A DNA stretch of 64,000 nt from Candidatus Bathyarchaeota archaeon (GTDB taxonomy: Archaea; Thermoproteota; Bathyarchaeia; Bathyarchaeales; Bathycorpusculaceae): assembly GCA_963811105.1 (NCBI GenBank), contig CAWEPZ010000011.1:1056001-1120000 (forward strand), read 5' to 3'. This document shows positions 27,818-38,832 of this stretch, piece after piece. The position numbers and the translations under genes are program-made. Every line of letters begins with the position of its first letter. Position 1 is the stretch's first letter. The notes under the pieces were generated by a model, which worked only from the letters and a program-made list of their open reading frames with translations, was not told where the DNA came from and ran no database searches.

Positions 27818-30379
27818 ATGGTGAATCCAAAAAAAATTCAGATAATTGCTGTTTTGGCTTTGTTTCTTGTTTCGTCAGTTTTTGCTTCAATTTCAATCTT
27901 TCACGCAACTGCAAATGCGCAGGCGGCTACGAACACCGCTTCAAGCAGTTCCATATTAAGTCAGTATGAGTGGCCTCAGTTTCAAGGCGATTCCTCTTTT
28001 ACACGGTTCTCACAGGGACCAGCCCCTGAGACACCAGCAATACTTTGGAAAGCGAATGTAACTGGAGTTCAAAGTTATATCGCAGCTTTTGACGGATTCG
28101 TTTTCGTATGCACAAATACTTCAGTTGTTGCTCTTGATCAATCAGGAAAAATAGCCTGGAGAACAGATGTGCAAATGCCGAGAAATTGGCCAATAGCATA
28201 CAAAATCGATGATTCACACATGATTGTGGAAGGCACCTGCCTTGACCCCAAAACAGGTAACATACTTTGGACTAGCTCGCAGTTCACTGCAGATACAGGC
28301 ATTTTCAACGCCAACGTCTATAGTCCAGAACAAAAAATGTTCTATATCAAAATAAATTCCTATACTGAGGCATGGGACTTCTCTGACGTCTCTAAACCGC
28401 CAACGTTAGCATGGAGAACATACGTTCCTGGCGGCGGAACAACAGGGTTAGGAACAACCTATGGCAGCGGATTGGTTTTCCCAGGCTCTTTTGAAAATCA
28501 GCAAATAGCGCTCGACGCCAGAACAGGCAAAATCGTTTGGAGTACGCTCACGAAAGGACCAATGATTTTCAATGGCGCTTATTCGGATGGGAGATTCTTC
28601 AGAGGTGGAACTGACGACAATACAATGTACTGTTTCAATGCCACAAACGGCGAAATCCTCTGGACATACTCGCCTCAAACAAACGGATACTTCACAACAA
28701 GCGCCGCGGTAGCTTACGGGAATGTTTATGAAATGAACAAAGACGGATATTTATACGCCCTTAACGTGGGAACAGGTGATCTCGTATGGAGATACAAAGG
28801 ACCAGATGACACGCTTCTTTGGCCAGGGATGCCCACAGTGGCAGATGGAAAAGTTTATGTGACCACAGGTGAAGTTGCAGAATACGGCGGTCAAGTTGGG
28901 ATTTCTGAGTTTGCATGCTTGAACGCTTACACGGGAGAGCCAATTTGGAAGCTGCCAATTGAAGCCTTGGCGCCTAGAGAATCTGTAGCTGTGGCCTATG
29001 GTAACTTATACCTTATACCAGGCAATGTTACTACATCGGTTGACTCGGTTTCAGGAACCGAGTACAGTTGGGTCAATGAGGTATGGGCAATAGGAGCTAA
29101 CTCAATTCCAGTTTCCAACTGGACTATGTGGAGAGCCGACTCAACGCACTCTTCGACTGCTCAACAGGGACCTTCTAACCTCAGTTTAACCTGGAAGTTT
29201 TCAACTAACGGCGCCGTTATTTCTTCCCCCAGCGTGGTAGATGGAATAGTTTACTTCGGTTCGCAGGACAAAAATATCTATGCTGTTGGAGCATGGAGTG
29301 GCAACCTGATTTGGAAGTTTACAACTCAAGGCTCCGTTGAATCTTCACCTGCTGTTGCGGATGGCAAAGTTTACACAGGAGGCGATGACGGCTACGTCTA
29401 TTGTCTTGACGCTTATACAGGTAGCCTCATCTGGAAAACTTTTGTTAATGGTAATCAGGAGTTCACTTTTGGTTCGGTCGTGCTTAAATCTTCGCCCTCG
29501 GTTTCCGGAGGCAAAGTCTACATTGGATCTTTAGACGGATACATGTATGCACTTGATTCCAACAGCGGCAACATCATCTGGCAGACAAAAACCAATGGGC
29601 CAATCGAATCTTCTCCAGCGGCAGCCTACAACGCGGTTTACTTCACCTCGCAAGAACCAACAACAGGAGTTCTCTACAAACTTAGCGCCAATACAGGGGA
29701 TGTTATCTGGAAACAGCAGCTTCCTTACGAATATCAGTTTACAGGAGGCGATGAGATGCTTGGTTCCCCATCCGTTGCAAACGGCATGGTCTTCGCTACA
29801 GCTAACATAAGAACTTACTACGGCATTAACGATACAACAGGCGCGATTGTTTGGACAGTTACTGATCCAGCAGCTACTGAATTCGTGGTTCTTGCTCCAA
29901 TCTATGTTAACGGTCAACTTTTCATAATTGATAAATTTGACATCAAATGCATAAATGCAATGACTGGGGCCAACATTTGGAGCTTTTTCACAGGAGATGA
30001 ACTTTACATCTCGCCGTCTTATGCCGATGGCAAAATCTATGTGGTCACTAGTCAACGTGACATTTTCATTCTTGACGCTGCTGCCAAAGGAGCAAAACTT
30101 GCAACTTACACCACGCCGTCCAGTAGCTGGTCTTCACCAACTATAGCTAATGGAAAACTGTACATTGGATGTAACGACTGGAACCTTTACTGCTTTTCTA
30201 ACGTCAATTTCCCCGCAAGCCAACCCAGACCTTCATCATCAACGATTATCGACATCAATACAGGAATTAACATGACAATTGCGTTTGCCATTATTTTAGT
30301 AGCTATTGTCATCATTATTGCCTTGGGCTACCTGCTTAGAAAGAGGGCCAAAACAACCAAAATTGCTCATGCGAGTTAG
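27818..30379 (+). CDS. Secreted, C-terminally anchored PQQ-like beta-propeller repeat protein
   Basis: Signal peptide, many SSP(A/S)V.dG.VY.GS.DG.lYalda.tG..iW repeats, C-terminal TM helix plus basic tail. Confidence 0.9.
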   Translation: MVNPKKIQIIAVLALFLVSSVFASISIFHATANAQAATNTASSSSILSQYEWPQFQGDSSFTRFSQGPAPETPAILWKANVTGVQSYIAAFDGFVFVCTNTSVVALDQSGKIAWRTDVQMPRNWPIAYKIDDSHMIVEGTCLDPKTGNILWTSSQFTADTGIFNANVYSPEQKMFYIKINSYTEAWDFSDVSKPPTLAWRTYVPGGGTTGLGTTYGSGLVFPGSFENQQIALDARTGKIVWSTLTKGPMIFNGAYSDGRFFRGGTDDNTMYCFNATNGEILWTYSPQTNGYFTTSAAVAYGNVYEMNKDGYLYALNVGTGDLVWRYKGPDDTLLWPGMPTVADGKVYVTTGEVAEYGGQVGISEFACLNAYTGEPIWKLPIEALAPRESVAVAYGNLYLIPGNVTTSVDSVSGTEYSWVNEVWAIGANSIPVSNWTMWRADSTHSSTAQQGPSNLSLTWKFSTNGAVISSPSVVDGIVYFGSQDKNIYAVGAWSGNLIWKFTTQGSVESSPAVADGKVYTGGDDGYVYCLDAYTGSLIWKTFVNGNQEFTFGSVVLKSSPSVSGGKVYIGSLDGYMYALDSNSGNIIWQTKTNGPIESSPAAAYNAVYFTSQEPTTGVLYKLSANTGDVIWKQQLPYEYQFTGGDEMLGSPSVANGMVFATANIRTYYGINDTTGAIVWTVTDPAATEFVVLAPIYVNGQLFIIDKFDIKCINAMTGANIWSFFTGDELYISPSYADGKIYVVTSQRDIFILDAAAKGAKLATYTTPSSSWSSPTIANGKLYIGCNDWNLYCFSNVNFPASQPRPSSSTIIDINTGINMTIAFAIILVAIVIIIALGYLLRKRAKTTKIAHAS

Positions 30380-30490
30380 GTAGATTTAGGAGAAAGGAGC
30401 TTTAGTACAAGCTTTTGGTGGAAAACTTGTTTTGCCATAAATACGGTACAGAGCATCCAGACGATGCATCATCCGGCAGTAACAGAAGCT

Positions 30491-30870
30491 ATGAAAACCG
30501 CAGTTTTTTAGGTCTCACAAACTGGAAAGACTAAACGTTTTGCAGAAGCAACATCTGGGTCATTGAAAGTTCCGCATTTTTACATTTGCACTATCATTAG
30601 CTGCAGACTTCGATTTGTTGATTATTGGAACGCAAGTAAATGGATTTAGAGCGGTACCTGAAATGATTTCGTTTGTTCAAAAACTTCTGGAAGGCACCAA
30701 CAAAAAAACGGTTCTCTTCTGCATCTACGCAGTCTCTTAAGGAAACACACTAAAAGAATTGGAGCAGAGCTTTCCAAAAAAAGGCAACAAAAATCTCTGG
30801 TGTAAAACCCAGAAAAACATATTTCCTTGATCCAATAAGTGAAATTATAGAATGCTTAGATAACTCAACT
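30491..30870 (+). pseudogene. Flavodoxin-family pseudogene (end approximate)
   Basis: MKTAVF*VSQTGKTKRFAEA and ADFDLLIIGTQVNGFR..KKTVLFC with internal stops. Confidence 0.6.
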
Positions 30871-30958
30871 AAGCCTTCAGAAACATTATCAGGCCTAAGG
30901 GGCACAACCACTTTCAAATCAATAAAAGAAATCTTTTGAGCACTTCTCAAAAAGAAAG

Positions 30959-31297
30959 CTAAGTTGACTGTTCCGAACTTTCCTTTTCTTTGCTTCCTGA
31001 GCCCTTCTTGTTTAGTATAATTAGAAGTTGGTGGTTTTTTCTGGTTAGAACTACATCTTCATTTTCTATGTTTTCCGCGATTACTTCACCATTGTACTTC
31101 ATGCGGCTGGTATAGCCAAGTTCTTTTAATTCGTTCATCAACTGCTCTCGTAGTTTTCTGAGCTGCTCGCTGGAGGTATCCTCGCCCCTTTTGAAGCAGA
31201 AAGTAATGGTTTTTTTATCTTCTTCGTAGTTTGCTCGGGTGCCTTTGCCAATTTTTTCCACGTGACCCCAAACTACTTTGTCAATGGGTTCTCTCAT
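30959..31297 (-). CDS. Hypothetical protein
   Basis: 112-aa ORF directly downstream of aIF2-alpha. Confidence 0.55.
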   Translation of the reverse strand: MREPIDKVVWGHVEKIGKGTRANYEEDKKTITFCFKRGEDTSSEQLRKLREQLMNELKELGYTSRMKYNGEVIAENIENEDVVLTRKNHQLLIILNKKGSGSKEKESSEQST

Positions 31298-31309
31298 ATT
31301 TTCGCCTTA

Positions 31310-32098
31310 CTATTTCTCTCTCTTGAAGGAGCCATTTCCGCCAGCTTTAGTTATGTTGGTTACTACGTTTTGGCTTACCTCATCAAGAAGATCTTCAGCT
31401 TGTTTCCAGTTATCAGCCGAAACCTCTATACTGTATCTGGGAGCAGCAATGACGTAGAATTCTATTTTGGCGTCTTTAGCTTTCTGTGCTTTCTTAGCGT
31501 TAACAATTGCTTCTTGAATACATTTAACACCGTTAGGTTTCATGCAGCGAATTTCAAGAACACCTCTAACTTTAACCAGTTTAATACGTATACGTTCTTC
31601 AGCAACTTTAGCGAAGGCTTTGGCGATGTCTTCAGGGATTTCGAGTTTAGTAAGGGCCTCGATGCCTTCTTTGAGCACCATTTCAAAGCCTTCATATAAA
31701 CCGACTTTTTCTTCAAGGACAGCGCCTGCTTTTTGGTAGACTTCATGCACCGGTAAGCCAACTATTTCCGCGACTGCGCGTAGGAGCACTTCGCCCTTTC
31801 GTTCTTTTTTCCAGACTTTAATTTTTTCTATTCTTTCCCTTTTTGTAACTCGTCTTAATGATAGGTCGATGTGACCTTTTTCAAGGTCTACCCGAAGGAC
31901 TTTTAGGACCATTTTTTGTTTTTCACGAACGAAGTCGTGAAGATTTCTTACTCTGGCGCTTGAGATTTCAGAGATATGAAGGAAGCCTCGTTTATTGTAT
32001 TCATCTAGGTTAGCGTAGGCTCCGTAATCCATAACACTCTCGATAGTAGCGATTACGAGGTCGCCAGGATCAGGCCAATCAGCTTTATGTTCAGACAT
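31310..32098 (-). CDS. eif2a: Translation initiation factor 2 alpha subunit (aIF2-alpha)
   Basis: S1 domain WPDPGDLVIATI..YGAY..LHISEISS, GHIDLSLRRV, AAPRY. Confidence 0.95.
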   Translation of the reverse strand: MSEHKADWPDPGDLVIATIESVMDYGAYANLDEYNKRGFLHISEISSARVRNLHDFVREKQKMVLKVLRVDLEKGHIDLSLRRVTKRERIEKIKVWKKERKGEVLLRAVAEIVGLPVHEVYQKAGAVLEEKVGLYEGFEMVLKEGIEALTKLEIPEDIAKAFAKVAEERIRIKLVKVRGVLEIRCMKPNGVKCIQEAIVNAKKAQKAKDAKIEFYVIAAPRYSIEVSADNWKQAEDLLDEVSQNVVTNITKAGGNGSFKREK

Positions 32099-32144
32099 TA
32101 TCTACATCGACTCTAACTTGGGAAAAAGAATATGGACAATGCTT

Positions 32145-32489
32145 TTATGGCTTTTTGTCCAATTTGACAATATATACTTCTTTGTTGCGTACTCTGAGTG
32201 CTACATTGAATTTTCTATCAGTTTTCTTATTGTACTGCTTGACTCGGAATGTGAATGGAGCATACATTGATTTCACAGTTTTACCCTCAACTTCAACTTT
32301 AAACATTTTCTCGGGACTCTCTATAATCTGTTTGAAAACTGCATCATATTCGGGAATCTTTGCGATTTTTCTTCCTTCAGGAATTTCCTTTACAGGAGTT
32401 GCTTTCGCTACTATTTGCTTATTCTTACTTTTTTCTAGCTTAGACATTTTATTCACACTAATACACATGTTAATCGCTCTATATAACAA
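32145..32489 (-). CDS. Small basic hypothetical protein (true start may be MSKLEKSK)
   Basis: Lys-rich ORF upstream of aIF2-alpha. Confidence 0.55.
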   Translation of the reverse strand: MLYRAINMCISVNKMSKLEKSKNKQIVAKATPVKEIPEGRKIAKIPEYDAVFKQIIESPEKMFKVEVEGKTVKSMYAPFTFRVKQYNKKTDRKFNVALRVRNKEVYIVKLDKKP

Positions 32490-32740
32490 TTGTTAAAAGA
32501 TCATAGTAAAAGCTTAGTATAAATAATAGATACTAAGTCAATATAATAGTAAATAATAATGCAGTAGGAACTAACGCTAAAATAGTAATGCACTGGCCGC
32601 AAACTTTATGTCTTCGTCAACTAAACACATGGCATTCAATTTTCTCAACAAAAAAACACGAAAATTTGTTACCGATTTTTATTTTGAAGGGCAATGTTTT
32701 AGAGCGCGTGAATGGTTTTGTTTGCTTGTTAGGTGTAAAT

Positions 32741-32863
32741 ATGAGCGTTATGAAAAGAAAGAAGAAGAATACACAGCTAGAACAACAAAAGAAAACGCAA
32801 CGAGATAAAGATTTAAAAAAGAAACAGATGCGTCAGCAACTTCCTGCTAAAGGAAAAAAATGA
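32741..32863 (+). CDS. Small Lys/Gln-rich peptide (40 aa)
   Basis: aggtg SD then MSVMKRKKKNTQLEQQKKTQRDKDLKKKQMRQQLPAKGKK, T-rich tract after the stop. Confidence 0.5.
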   Translation: MSVMKRKKKNTQLEQQKKTQRDKDLKKKQMRQQLPAKGKK

Positions 32864-33147
32864 ACGTTTTCTTATTTTAGAAAATTTTCTAAATTTTCCT
32901 TAGAGTAGATTTCAGAATGTTATTTTTTTATTTTTAAAGGCAGAGTTGTCGCCGAAAGAGAAAAAAGAATATTTCCTCAAGATGCATTTTTCCTTGCTTA
33001 ATTAGTTGTTTTGAATCCAGTGGGGATACATCTGAAAGACCCTTATTTACCAATTGATCTTGTCCATACGACGCTAAAACTGAGTTTCAATATGGTCAAA
33101 CTTAAATTATACTCAGTCTAAAGGGATATAGCAAACGAGTAGTATTC

Positions 33148-34317
33148 ATGAGACGAATTCCAACACAGTTCCTTACTCCAGTGTGCAGAAACCCCGAACT
33201 TGTGAAGAGTTTCAGCAGGGGAGCATACAGACAGTTTGTTAAATCAAGAATGGATTATCGACATGAAGACGGAAGCAGCTCCGCTCTGTGGTTGCTGAGC
33301 CTAAGAATTACTCACCGTTGTAATCACAGATGCGCAATCTGTGCACAATGGGGACAAAATGGATACAATGCCCGAGAAGATACTCCAAAAGTTGCGGGAG
33401 AAGTTCCGATAGAAATTTACAAAAAAGTAATAGATGAAGTCTCACCAAAAAAAGTTCACGTTTACATAACAGGTGGAGAGCCATTTCTCTACGAACCGTT
33501 GGTTCCCCTTGTTAACTACATGAAACAAAAAGGTCTAACGGTTCAAATAGTAACAAATGGGTCATGCCTGGAAAAGAACGCTGAAACCATAGTTGAAAAC
33601 GGATGGGATATGATTTGCGTCTCGTTCGATGGTCCTAGAGAAATTCATGACAAATGCCGAGGCGTTCCAGGTGCGTTAGATGCAACAATTAGAGGGATAT
33701 CGGCAATCCAAAAACTAAAGAAACAGAAAAAAAAGACTAAACCAGCTATTTTTGTCCTCACAACAATCTCCAAGAACAACGAGACTTCATTACTTGAAAC
33801 AGTGAAAGAAGCAGAAAAGTTGGGCCCTGACGGCATGACAGTTTACTACTCATGGTTTACTCGAGAATGGATAGGGCAAAAACACGCAAAGATAGCAGAA
33901 GAAAAGTTAGGTATAACACCTTTCGCTTGGAAAGGCTATGTACGCGATACGACAAAAATGAATGTTGGTGAAATTGCTGAACAGGTGCAAAAAATAAAAT
34001 CTAAAAAATCTGGCATGCCTGTTCTCTTTGTCCCTGACCTCAAACCAGAACAAATCGGCACGTATTATATGGAACCCGAAAACTTCTTTGGATACAAACA
34101 TTGTGTTTCACCATGGTTCCAATTGGATGTAATGCCAAATGGAGATACTGTAACATGTAGAGATTTTCCGGACTTCGTAACTGGAAATATTAAGGAATCA
34201 AGTGTCCTCGAAATATACAACAATGAAAAACACCGCAAATTTAGACAGGCTCTGAGAAGCTGCGACAATGGAGTTTTTCCAATATGCTCTCGATGCTGCG
34301 GCTTGATGGGGTATTAA
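33148..34317 (+). CDS. Radical SAM protein with SPASM/twitch domain
   Basis: CNHRCAIC, TGGEP, CVSPW..GDTVTC..CSRCC. Confidence 0.9.
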   Translation: MRRIPTQFLTPVCRNPELVKSFSRGAYRQFVKSRMDYRHEDGSSSALWLLSLRITHRCNHRCAICAQWGQNGYNAREDTPKVAGEVPIEIYKKVIDEVSPKKVHVYITGGEPFLYEPLVPLVNYMKQKGLTVQIVTNGSCLEKNAETIVENGWDMICVSFDGPREIHDKCRGVPGALDATIRGISAIQKLKKQKKKTKPAIFVLTTISKNNETSLLETVKEAEKLGPDGMTVYYSWFTREWIGQKHAKIAEEKLGITPFAWKGYVRDTTKMNVGEIAEQVQKIKSKKSGMPVLFVPDLKPEQIGTYYMEPENFFGYKHCVSPWFQLDVMPNGDTVTCRDFPDFVTGNIKESSVLEIYNNEKHRKFRQALRSCDNGVFPICSRCCGLMGY

Positions 34318-34449
34318 AAACAATTTTCGGCAATGGGGAGAGACATCTGACAAACTTTTTGATTATTGATCCGGACAAGAGAGTTCTTCGCCAACCAACC
34401 AAAACTTTTCTATTCAACCAAAACCTTCAGCTAAAAAAATAGGTAGATT

Positions 34450-35196
34450 ATGATGGAGCCCGTTGACGTTGCAATTCTCACAATGAACAGCGCAAGAATG
34501 TTGCGGGAATGCCTTAATTCTGTTTACAAAAATATTCCGGTTAACAACCTGATTGTTATTGATGGCTTCTCCACTGACAACACGGAAGAAATTATAAACG
34601 AGTACCAAAAAAAATATGGAAATGTTATCTTCGTTCAAGAGAAGGGAACACGAGGCACCGCGAGGCAGAGAGCAATTCAACTGGTCAAAACTGAATGGTT
34701 CGTATTCGTGGATAGCGATGTTTTACTGTCAAATAATTGGTTTGTTCAAGCGGAAAAACTGGTTAAAGAAGATGTTGGAGCTGTCTGGGGAATTGAACTT
34801 TGGTCCGTGCTAAAAGATAGCAAAGTGTTAAAGTTATTTGAAAGAGTTACTTTGAAAATTTTTGAAAAAAGAGGTGGAACCCATGACCTTCTGGTTCGCC
34901 GAAAAACAGTTGAAGACATCAAAATTCCGTATCAGCTACATACTTATGAAGATGGATACATCAAAGATTGGATTGGCAAGAAAGGCTATAAGGTTTTAGG
35001 CGTTTATGAACCGTACTGCATTCATTTTCGCTCCGACTCAGTATGGACAACCAGAAAGCACATTGAATTCATGGTCAGCGACCTAAAATACGCAATTCAC
35101 CGCCCAATACTTCTTCTTTCATACAGCTTCTACTCATTTATTGTTGGTTACCAAATTGTTTCAAGCAGATTCAAGCGAACATCCAACGAAAAATAA
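34450..35196 (+). CDS. Glycosyltransferase family 2
   Basis: VIDGFSTDNT, FVDSD. Confidence 0.88.
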   Translation: MMEPVDVAILTMNSARMLRECLNSVYKNIPVNNLIVIDGFSTDNTEEIINEYQKKYGNVIFVQEKGTRGTARQRAIQLVKTEWFVFVDSDVLLSNNWFVQAEKLVKEDVGAVWGIELWSVLKDSKVLKLFERVTLKIFEKRGGTHDLLVRRKTVEDIKIPYQLHTYEDGYIKDWIGKKGYKVLGVYEPYCIHFRSDSVWTTRKHIEFMVSDLKYAIHRPILLLSYSFYSFIVGYQIVSSRFKRTSNEK

Positions 35197-35521
35197 CAAT
35201 TAGTCAACAGTCTTGTACGGGCGTGTTTGAAATTTTGATTTTTCTATATTTCACCCGCACCCTCTCTTTTTCCAAAGAATGGAACAGTTGGCAACTGAAA
35301 TTGGCTTGGTAAACACTTAGGCGAAAAATATTCGTAACAAATACGTGTGTCTTTGGAAAAAGTTGTAGAGTTTTCTCCCCCTTATCCATGTTGTAATATT
35401 TGCTTTTTTTCGAATTTATCTACAAGTTTTGTACTATTTTAAGACAAAAATTGCACTAAAGTTTATATGCCCTATGATGCGATAGTGTTCGCTCATAAAA
35501 TTAGAGGAAGAGAAAAAAAAA

Positions 35522-38125
35522 TTGAAAATTTCAATAGACAAAACAAAAAAGACAATGTCAATCGTTTTAATTCTTTTGATGGCTTCAATTTCAATAATAG
35601 CAATTGCACCTTATGCTGTTAAAGGTGGCGACGTAGCCACTAGCGGACCACTACCCGCAGGCGCATATGCCGCTGACACAGTTCAGCCAGTTTGCATGCT
35701 TAGCGTAAACCAAAACCCAGTAGGTGTCGGACAATACGTCTTAGTCAACGCATGGCTATCTCCGGCAGTTACGGCACAGCGCTCTGCTAAGAGCTACATC
35801 TTCACTATTACAGCACCCGATGGAACCAACACAACTTGGACGCAAGACGCAGAAAACGCAACTGCAGCAACATGGTTTACTTACACACTCACCACAGTAG
35901 GAACATACACATTCAGTGCCCGCTTCACTGGCTGTTACTTCAACGGCACAACAGCCGCTGGCTCAGCATACTATCTACCAGCAACCGCTAAACCAATAAA
36001 TGTCACATGCCAACAAGAGTTAATTTCATCATGGCCAGCAGCCCAAATCCCAACCGGATATTGGACCAGGCCAGTAGATTTTGGCTTTAGAGAATGGTGG
36101 CCAATCCTTGGAAACTATCCTGCATACTACGATGGCACTGTAGACTCACAGTGGAATACACGTTACCCTGATACCAACCCATACTGGAGCTCACAATATG
36201 ACTTTACTCCTTGGGTTCAATCACCACACAGCTCACACATAGTTTGGATGGAACTTGACATAGCAGCAGCAGGTGTCATCGGAGGACAAGTAGGTTTACA
36301 AGGCAACACAATCGCAAGCGATTTATCAACAAGTCCTTGGCTCAGCAACTTAGCTTTCGGTGGCAGAGGCTATCGAACAGTTGTAAAACCAGAGCCAACA
36401 GTGATTAATGGCACCACTTATCTACAGCCAGTCAGTGTCTGGGAATGCTTCGACCTTCGAACTGGAAAAGTGTACTGGGATCTGCAAGGGATGCAAATTC
36501 CCACATTCGTTGAATACGCCCTCAGTACAACAACTGCTGCCATCAGTGAAGATGCAGTCACAGCAACCCTTGATTACCTATCCGCAGGCACTGCAAACGC
36601 TACCACAGGCGCTGTGACAACTCCAGGCAGGCTGGTAAAGTATAACCCAACAACTGGAGCAGTGATATCCAACATATCACTTGATCTGGGAGGCACATAC
36701 ACTCACTATAATAACGCCTATATCCTAACAGTGCAAAACCTTGGCACTAACACTCCTCTTGCCCAACGATACCGCTTAATCAACTGGACCATAGCAGGAA
36801 CAAGCACTAACTTTGCTTCTAGAATCGCACCCAACGGCAACACGAGCTATGCAGTTAGCGCACTACCCGGTGTTATCGATTGGAACACTCGTCTTGGTGC
36901 TACAGTGAGCGGTATAACTGGAACATCAGGCATAATGAACGCAATAAACGCGACAGGCGTCGACTTGATGACAGGCCAAACACTCTGGAGCATCTTGCTA
37001 GCCAACTATACCATGTTTAGTGGTTCTTGCACTGTTGCTGACCACGGCAAAGTCGCTTTCAACTGTCAAGTAATTAATGGCCAAACCGGCGCTTACGTAG
37101 CATACGATCTGAAGACAGGAGCCTTAGCATGGACAAGCCCATCAATGGAATCTCCTTGGAGCGCAACTGGTTTCGGAGCTTACGGTGTCTCATCGGCTTA
37201 CGGCTTGATAATCCACGACGGCTACTCAGGCATAACTGCAATTAACTGGACTAACGGACAAATAGCATGGGTCTACCACAGATATGCACTTGCACCATTC
37301 GAAAGTCCATACACTGATGCAAATGGAACAGAGGTTTACTCTTTCAATTCAGGCAATAAAATTGCCGACGGCACAATCTATGCATACAACTGCGAACACA
37401 CTACAACTTTCCCAAGGACAAGAGGATGGAGCCTTTGCGCTGTCAACATTACCAATGGCGCAGAAGAATGGAGCTTAGCACTCCCTGGTAACGCAGCTTT
37501 CGGCAACGCACCAGACATAGGCGCAATTGCAGATGGATACCTGAACATGATGTCTGACTTAGGCTACTTTGTCACATATGGTATCGGTCAAAGCAAGACA
37601 ACAATCACCGCACCTGATACAGTAGTTCCACAAGGCACCGGACTCGTAATCAAAGGGACAGTACTTGACCAATCTCCAGCACAACCAGACACACCATGCG
37701 TATCACATGATTCAATGACAACACAAATGCAATACTTACACCTACAATACCCAGTTAACGGTCTCTGGCAAAATGAAACAGCGATAGGCGTTCCAGTCAC
37801 ATTGACAGCCATAGGTTCAGACAACGCAGTTTACAACTTAGGCAGCGTCACAACCAACGGCTACTACGGCACATACGCTTTCACATGGACTCCACCAAAA
37901 GCTGACTCATACACTATAACCGCATCATTCGCAGGTGACGATTCCTACGGCAGCTCATCCGCAGGCACCGACATAACAGTTAGCGCAGCACCAGTAACAC
38001 CAACACCAGCGCCAACACAACAAGCAGCAGCCTTGCCGCCATTTGAATTATACTTTGCAGCATCAGCCATAGCGATAATCATTGCAGTAGCAATCGCAAC
38101 AGTACTTATACTCAGAAAGAAATAA
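35522..38125 (+). CDS. Secreted surface protein, PQQ-propeller/Ig-like with C-terminal anchor
   Basis: Signal peptide, NPVGVGQ..VNAW, IKGTVLDQSPAQPDTPCVS, Pro/Thr linker, TM helix plus RKK. Confidence 0.85.
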   Translation: MKISIDKTKKTMSIVLILLMASISIIAIAPYAVKGGDVATSGPLPAGAYAADTVQPVCMLSVNQNPVGVGQYVLVNAWLSPAVTAQRSAKSYIFTITAPDGTNTTWTQDAENATAATWFTYTLTTVGTYTFSARFTGCYFNGTTAAGSAYYLPATAKPINVTCQQELISSWPAAQIPTGYWTRPVDFGFREWWPILGNYPAYYDGTVDSQWNTRYPDTNPYWSSQYDFTPWVQSPHSSHIVWMELDIAAAGVIGGQVGLQGNTIASDLSTSPWLSNLAFGGRGYRTVVKPEPTVINGTTYLQPVSVWECFDLRTGKVYWDLQGMQIPTFVEYALSTTTAAISEDAVTATLDYLSAGTANATTGAVTTPGRLVKYNPTTGAVISNISLDLGGTYTHYNNAYILTVQNLGTNTPLAQRYRLINWTIAGTSTNFASRIAPNGNTSYAVSALPGVIDWNTRLGATVSGITGTSGIMNAINATGVDLMTGQTLWSILLANYTMFSGSCTVADHGKVAFNCQVINGQTGAYVAYDLKTGALAWTSPSMESPWSATGFGAYGVSSAYGLIIHDGYSGITAINWTNGQIAWVYHRYALAPFESPYTDANGTEVYSFNSGNKIADGTIYAYNCEHTTTFPRTRGWSLCAVNITNGAEEWSLALPGNAAFGNAPDIGAIADGYLNMMSDLGYFVTYGIGQSKTTITAPDTVVPQGTGLVIKGTVLDQSPAQPDTPCVSHDSMTTQMQYLHLQYPVNGLWQNETAIGVPVTLTAIGSDNAVYNLGSVTTNGYYGTYAFTWTPPKADSYTITASFAGDDSYGSSSAGTDITVSAAPVTPTPAPTQQAAALPPFELYFAASAIAIIIAVAIATVLILRKK

Positions 38126-38146
38126 GACACAGCAACCAAAATCAAA

Positions 38147-38165
38147 TTTCTTTTTTTCTTTTTTT
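38147..38165 (+). terminator. Oligo-T terminator
   Basis: Long T tract about 20 nt after the stop at 38125. Confidence 0.55.
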
Positions 38166-38832
38166 CGCATTTTTGCTCAAAAACTATAATCGGAAGTCTA
38201 TTTCGTTTCGGTGTTTATCCAAAAAACTATTGCAGGGATTTTCTTCATTACTCAATTCTGAGTAATTTTAGCTGGGACCTCTCCTTAGAATAACCTCAAA
38301 TTTAATTGATTTTGGTCAGAACTCATTTTTCTATGGCTTATTGATTTGAAGATCCTCGTGGAGTTTTACTCATTTTTGACAATGAAACATCGAGTGATTT
38401 TGATAGTGAAAAAGAAAAACTGTGTTATTTCAGATCTTCGGCGAGACGACCTCTGGTTTTAGCTTTAGGTCAACTTTGCTGAGGTACAGCGCAGAGGGTT
38501 AGATCTAAACACATGTCTAAATTTAACGCGCAGGACCTAATCACTTTAACCATAGCATAGGTTCACCAAATCTTTGAAAAGTCCAAATGTGAACCAAATC
38601 AGGTTCAAGCTGCATGCAATTTGACAAAGTCATTTTAGAAGCAGGCTAATCCTTTTTCATAATGACGGACTGAAAAGTGAATTAAGTCTATTCCCTAAAA
38701 TCCCATTTCAGGGACGAACAGCGAGATTTTGGAAATCAGAAGCGCGAGTATTAGTTAGGATTGTGGATTCTTAAAGGTTAAATAAATATTCGTTCGATAA
38801 GTAAGAAAAAGCAAGTCAAGTTTACTTCGCCA

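Noticed and set aside
38200-38800. 600-bp intergenic region as an ncRNA
   Set aside because: No convincing structure, repeat or coding remnant seen by eye
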